In this document: positions 37,007-37,247 of the stretch, one piece after another
How the letters are laid out: each line of letters opens with the position of its first letter
Numbering within the stretch: position 1 is the first letter of the stretch
Origin: an uncultured Bryobacteraceae bacterium
GTDB lineage: Bacteria > Acidobacteriota > Terriglobia > Bryobacterales > Bryobacteraceae
Direction of reading: 5' to 3'
Assembly (NCBI GenBank): GCA_964249105.1
Contig: CAXUBB010000001.1
Location: 1 to 37,247, forward strand
DNA: 37,247 bases
The notes under the pieces: model-generated
What the model saw: only the letters and a program-made list of their open reading frames with translations
Database searches by the model: none
Told to the model about the DNA's origin: nothing
Position numbers and translations under genes: made by a program

Positions 37007-37247
37007 TCACCCCAAATCCGCCGGTGGGCGCAATAGCTTCACCGGCACCGTGGCATTCCGCCCGTTGCGAACCACTGTTAAAGTCACAACCTCACCGACG
37101 CGTTTCTTCGACACCGCCCGCACCAGCGCGTCGACGGTTGTCTCTACCTCAACAGGATCGCGCCCGCGCACAACGAGGTTGGATCCGAAGCCTTCCGGTC
37201 CAAAAAAGGGATAACTGCCAAGGGACAAGTTCGGATGGTCCTTCGCC
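37007..37247 (-). CDS. 3' fragment of a gene continuing past the window end, possibly a molybdopterin-binding (CinA/MoCF-like) domain protein
   Basis: The frame is open to the window edge (..AKDHPNLSLGSYPFFGPEGFGSNLVVRGRDPVEVETTVDALVRAV...). The GSYPFF...VVRGRDP tail resembles the C-terminus of CinA-like MoCF-domain proteins. The last 30 aa look PDZ-like, so the assignment is ambiguous. Confidence 0.3.
   Translation of the reverse strand, partial: AKDHPNLSLGSYPFFGPEGFGSNLVVRGRDPVEVETTVDALVRAVSKKRVGEVVTLTVVRNGRNATVPVKLLRPPADLG

Noticed and set aside
36780-37214. 144-aa plus-strand ORF
   Set aside because: It runs out of frame across the end of the permease gene and then antisense to the terminal gene fragment. 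The sequence is low-complexity.
1-37247. CRISPR arrays, rRNA/tRNA genes, IS elements
   Set aside because: No regularly spaced repeats, tRNA-like cloverleaf candidates in the intergenic gaps, or transposase ORFs were seen. All intergenic gaps except 11,892-12,438 are under 160 bp.

Overview
About 37 kb of a moderately GC-rich bacterial chromosome. The protein content looks like a soil Acidobacteriota-type organism, but that is only an impression. Nt 1-21,547 and 33,980-37,247 carry ordinary chromosomal genes. On the left: yvcK-like, glmU, truB, an ABC exporter coupled to a histidine kinase and a REC-XRE response regulator, DUF3108-like and Pro-rich secreted proteins, a GT9-like transferase, mtnP, methylmalonyl-CoA epimerase, meaB, an acyl-CoA dehydrogenase with an in-frame TAA, glcE/glcF, an alpha/beta hydrolase, a GAF-ANTAR regulator, an M24 peptidase and a sodium:solute symporter. 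On the right: prmA, a 54-aa membrane protein missed by the ORF track, an APC-like permease and a 3' gene fragment. Nt 21,586-33,823 form a compact 12.2-kb block of tailed-phage morphogenesis genes, all on the minus strand: portal, scaffold, P22-type coat, three head-tail joining ORFs, tail tube, gpG/gpGT chaperone with an intact A_AAA_AAC -1 frameshift site, a very short tape measure, two gpM-like paralogs and a gpL-gpJ fusion. No terminase, integrase, repressor, replication or lysis genes, tRNA or att repeats are visible, and housekeeping genes abut both ends. This intact, structural-only, terminase-less cluster is the main candidate for something new: a GTA-like or domesticated phage particle, with a prophage remnant as the alternative. 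No rRNA, tRNA or CRISPR array was seen.
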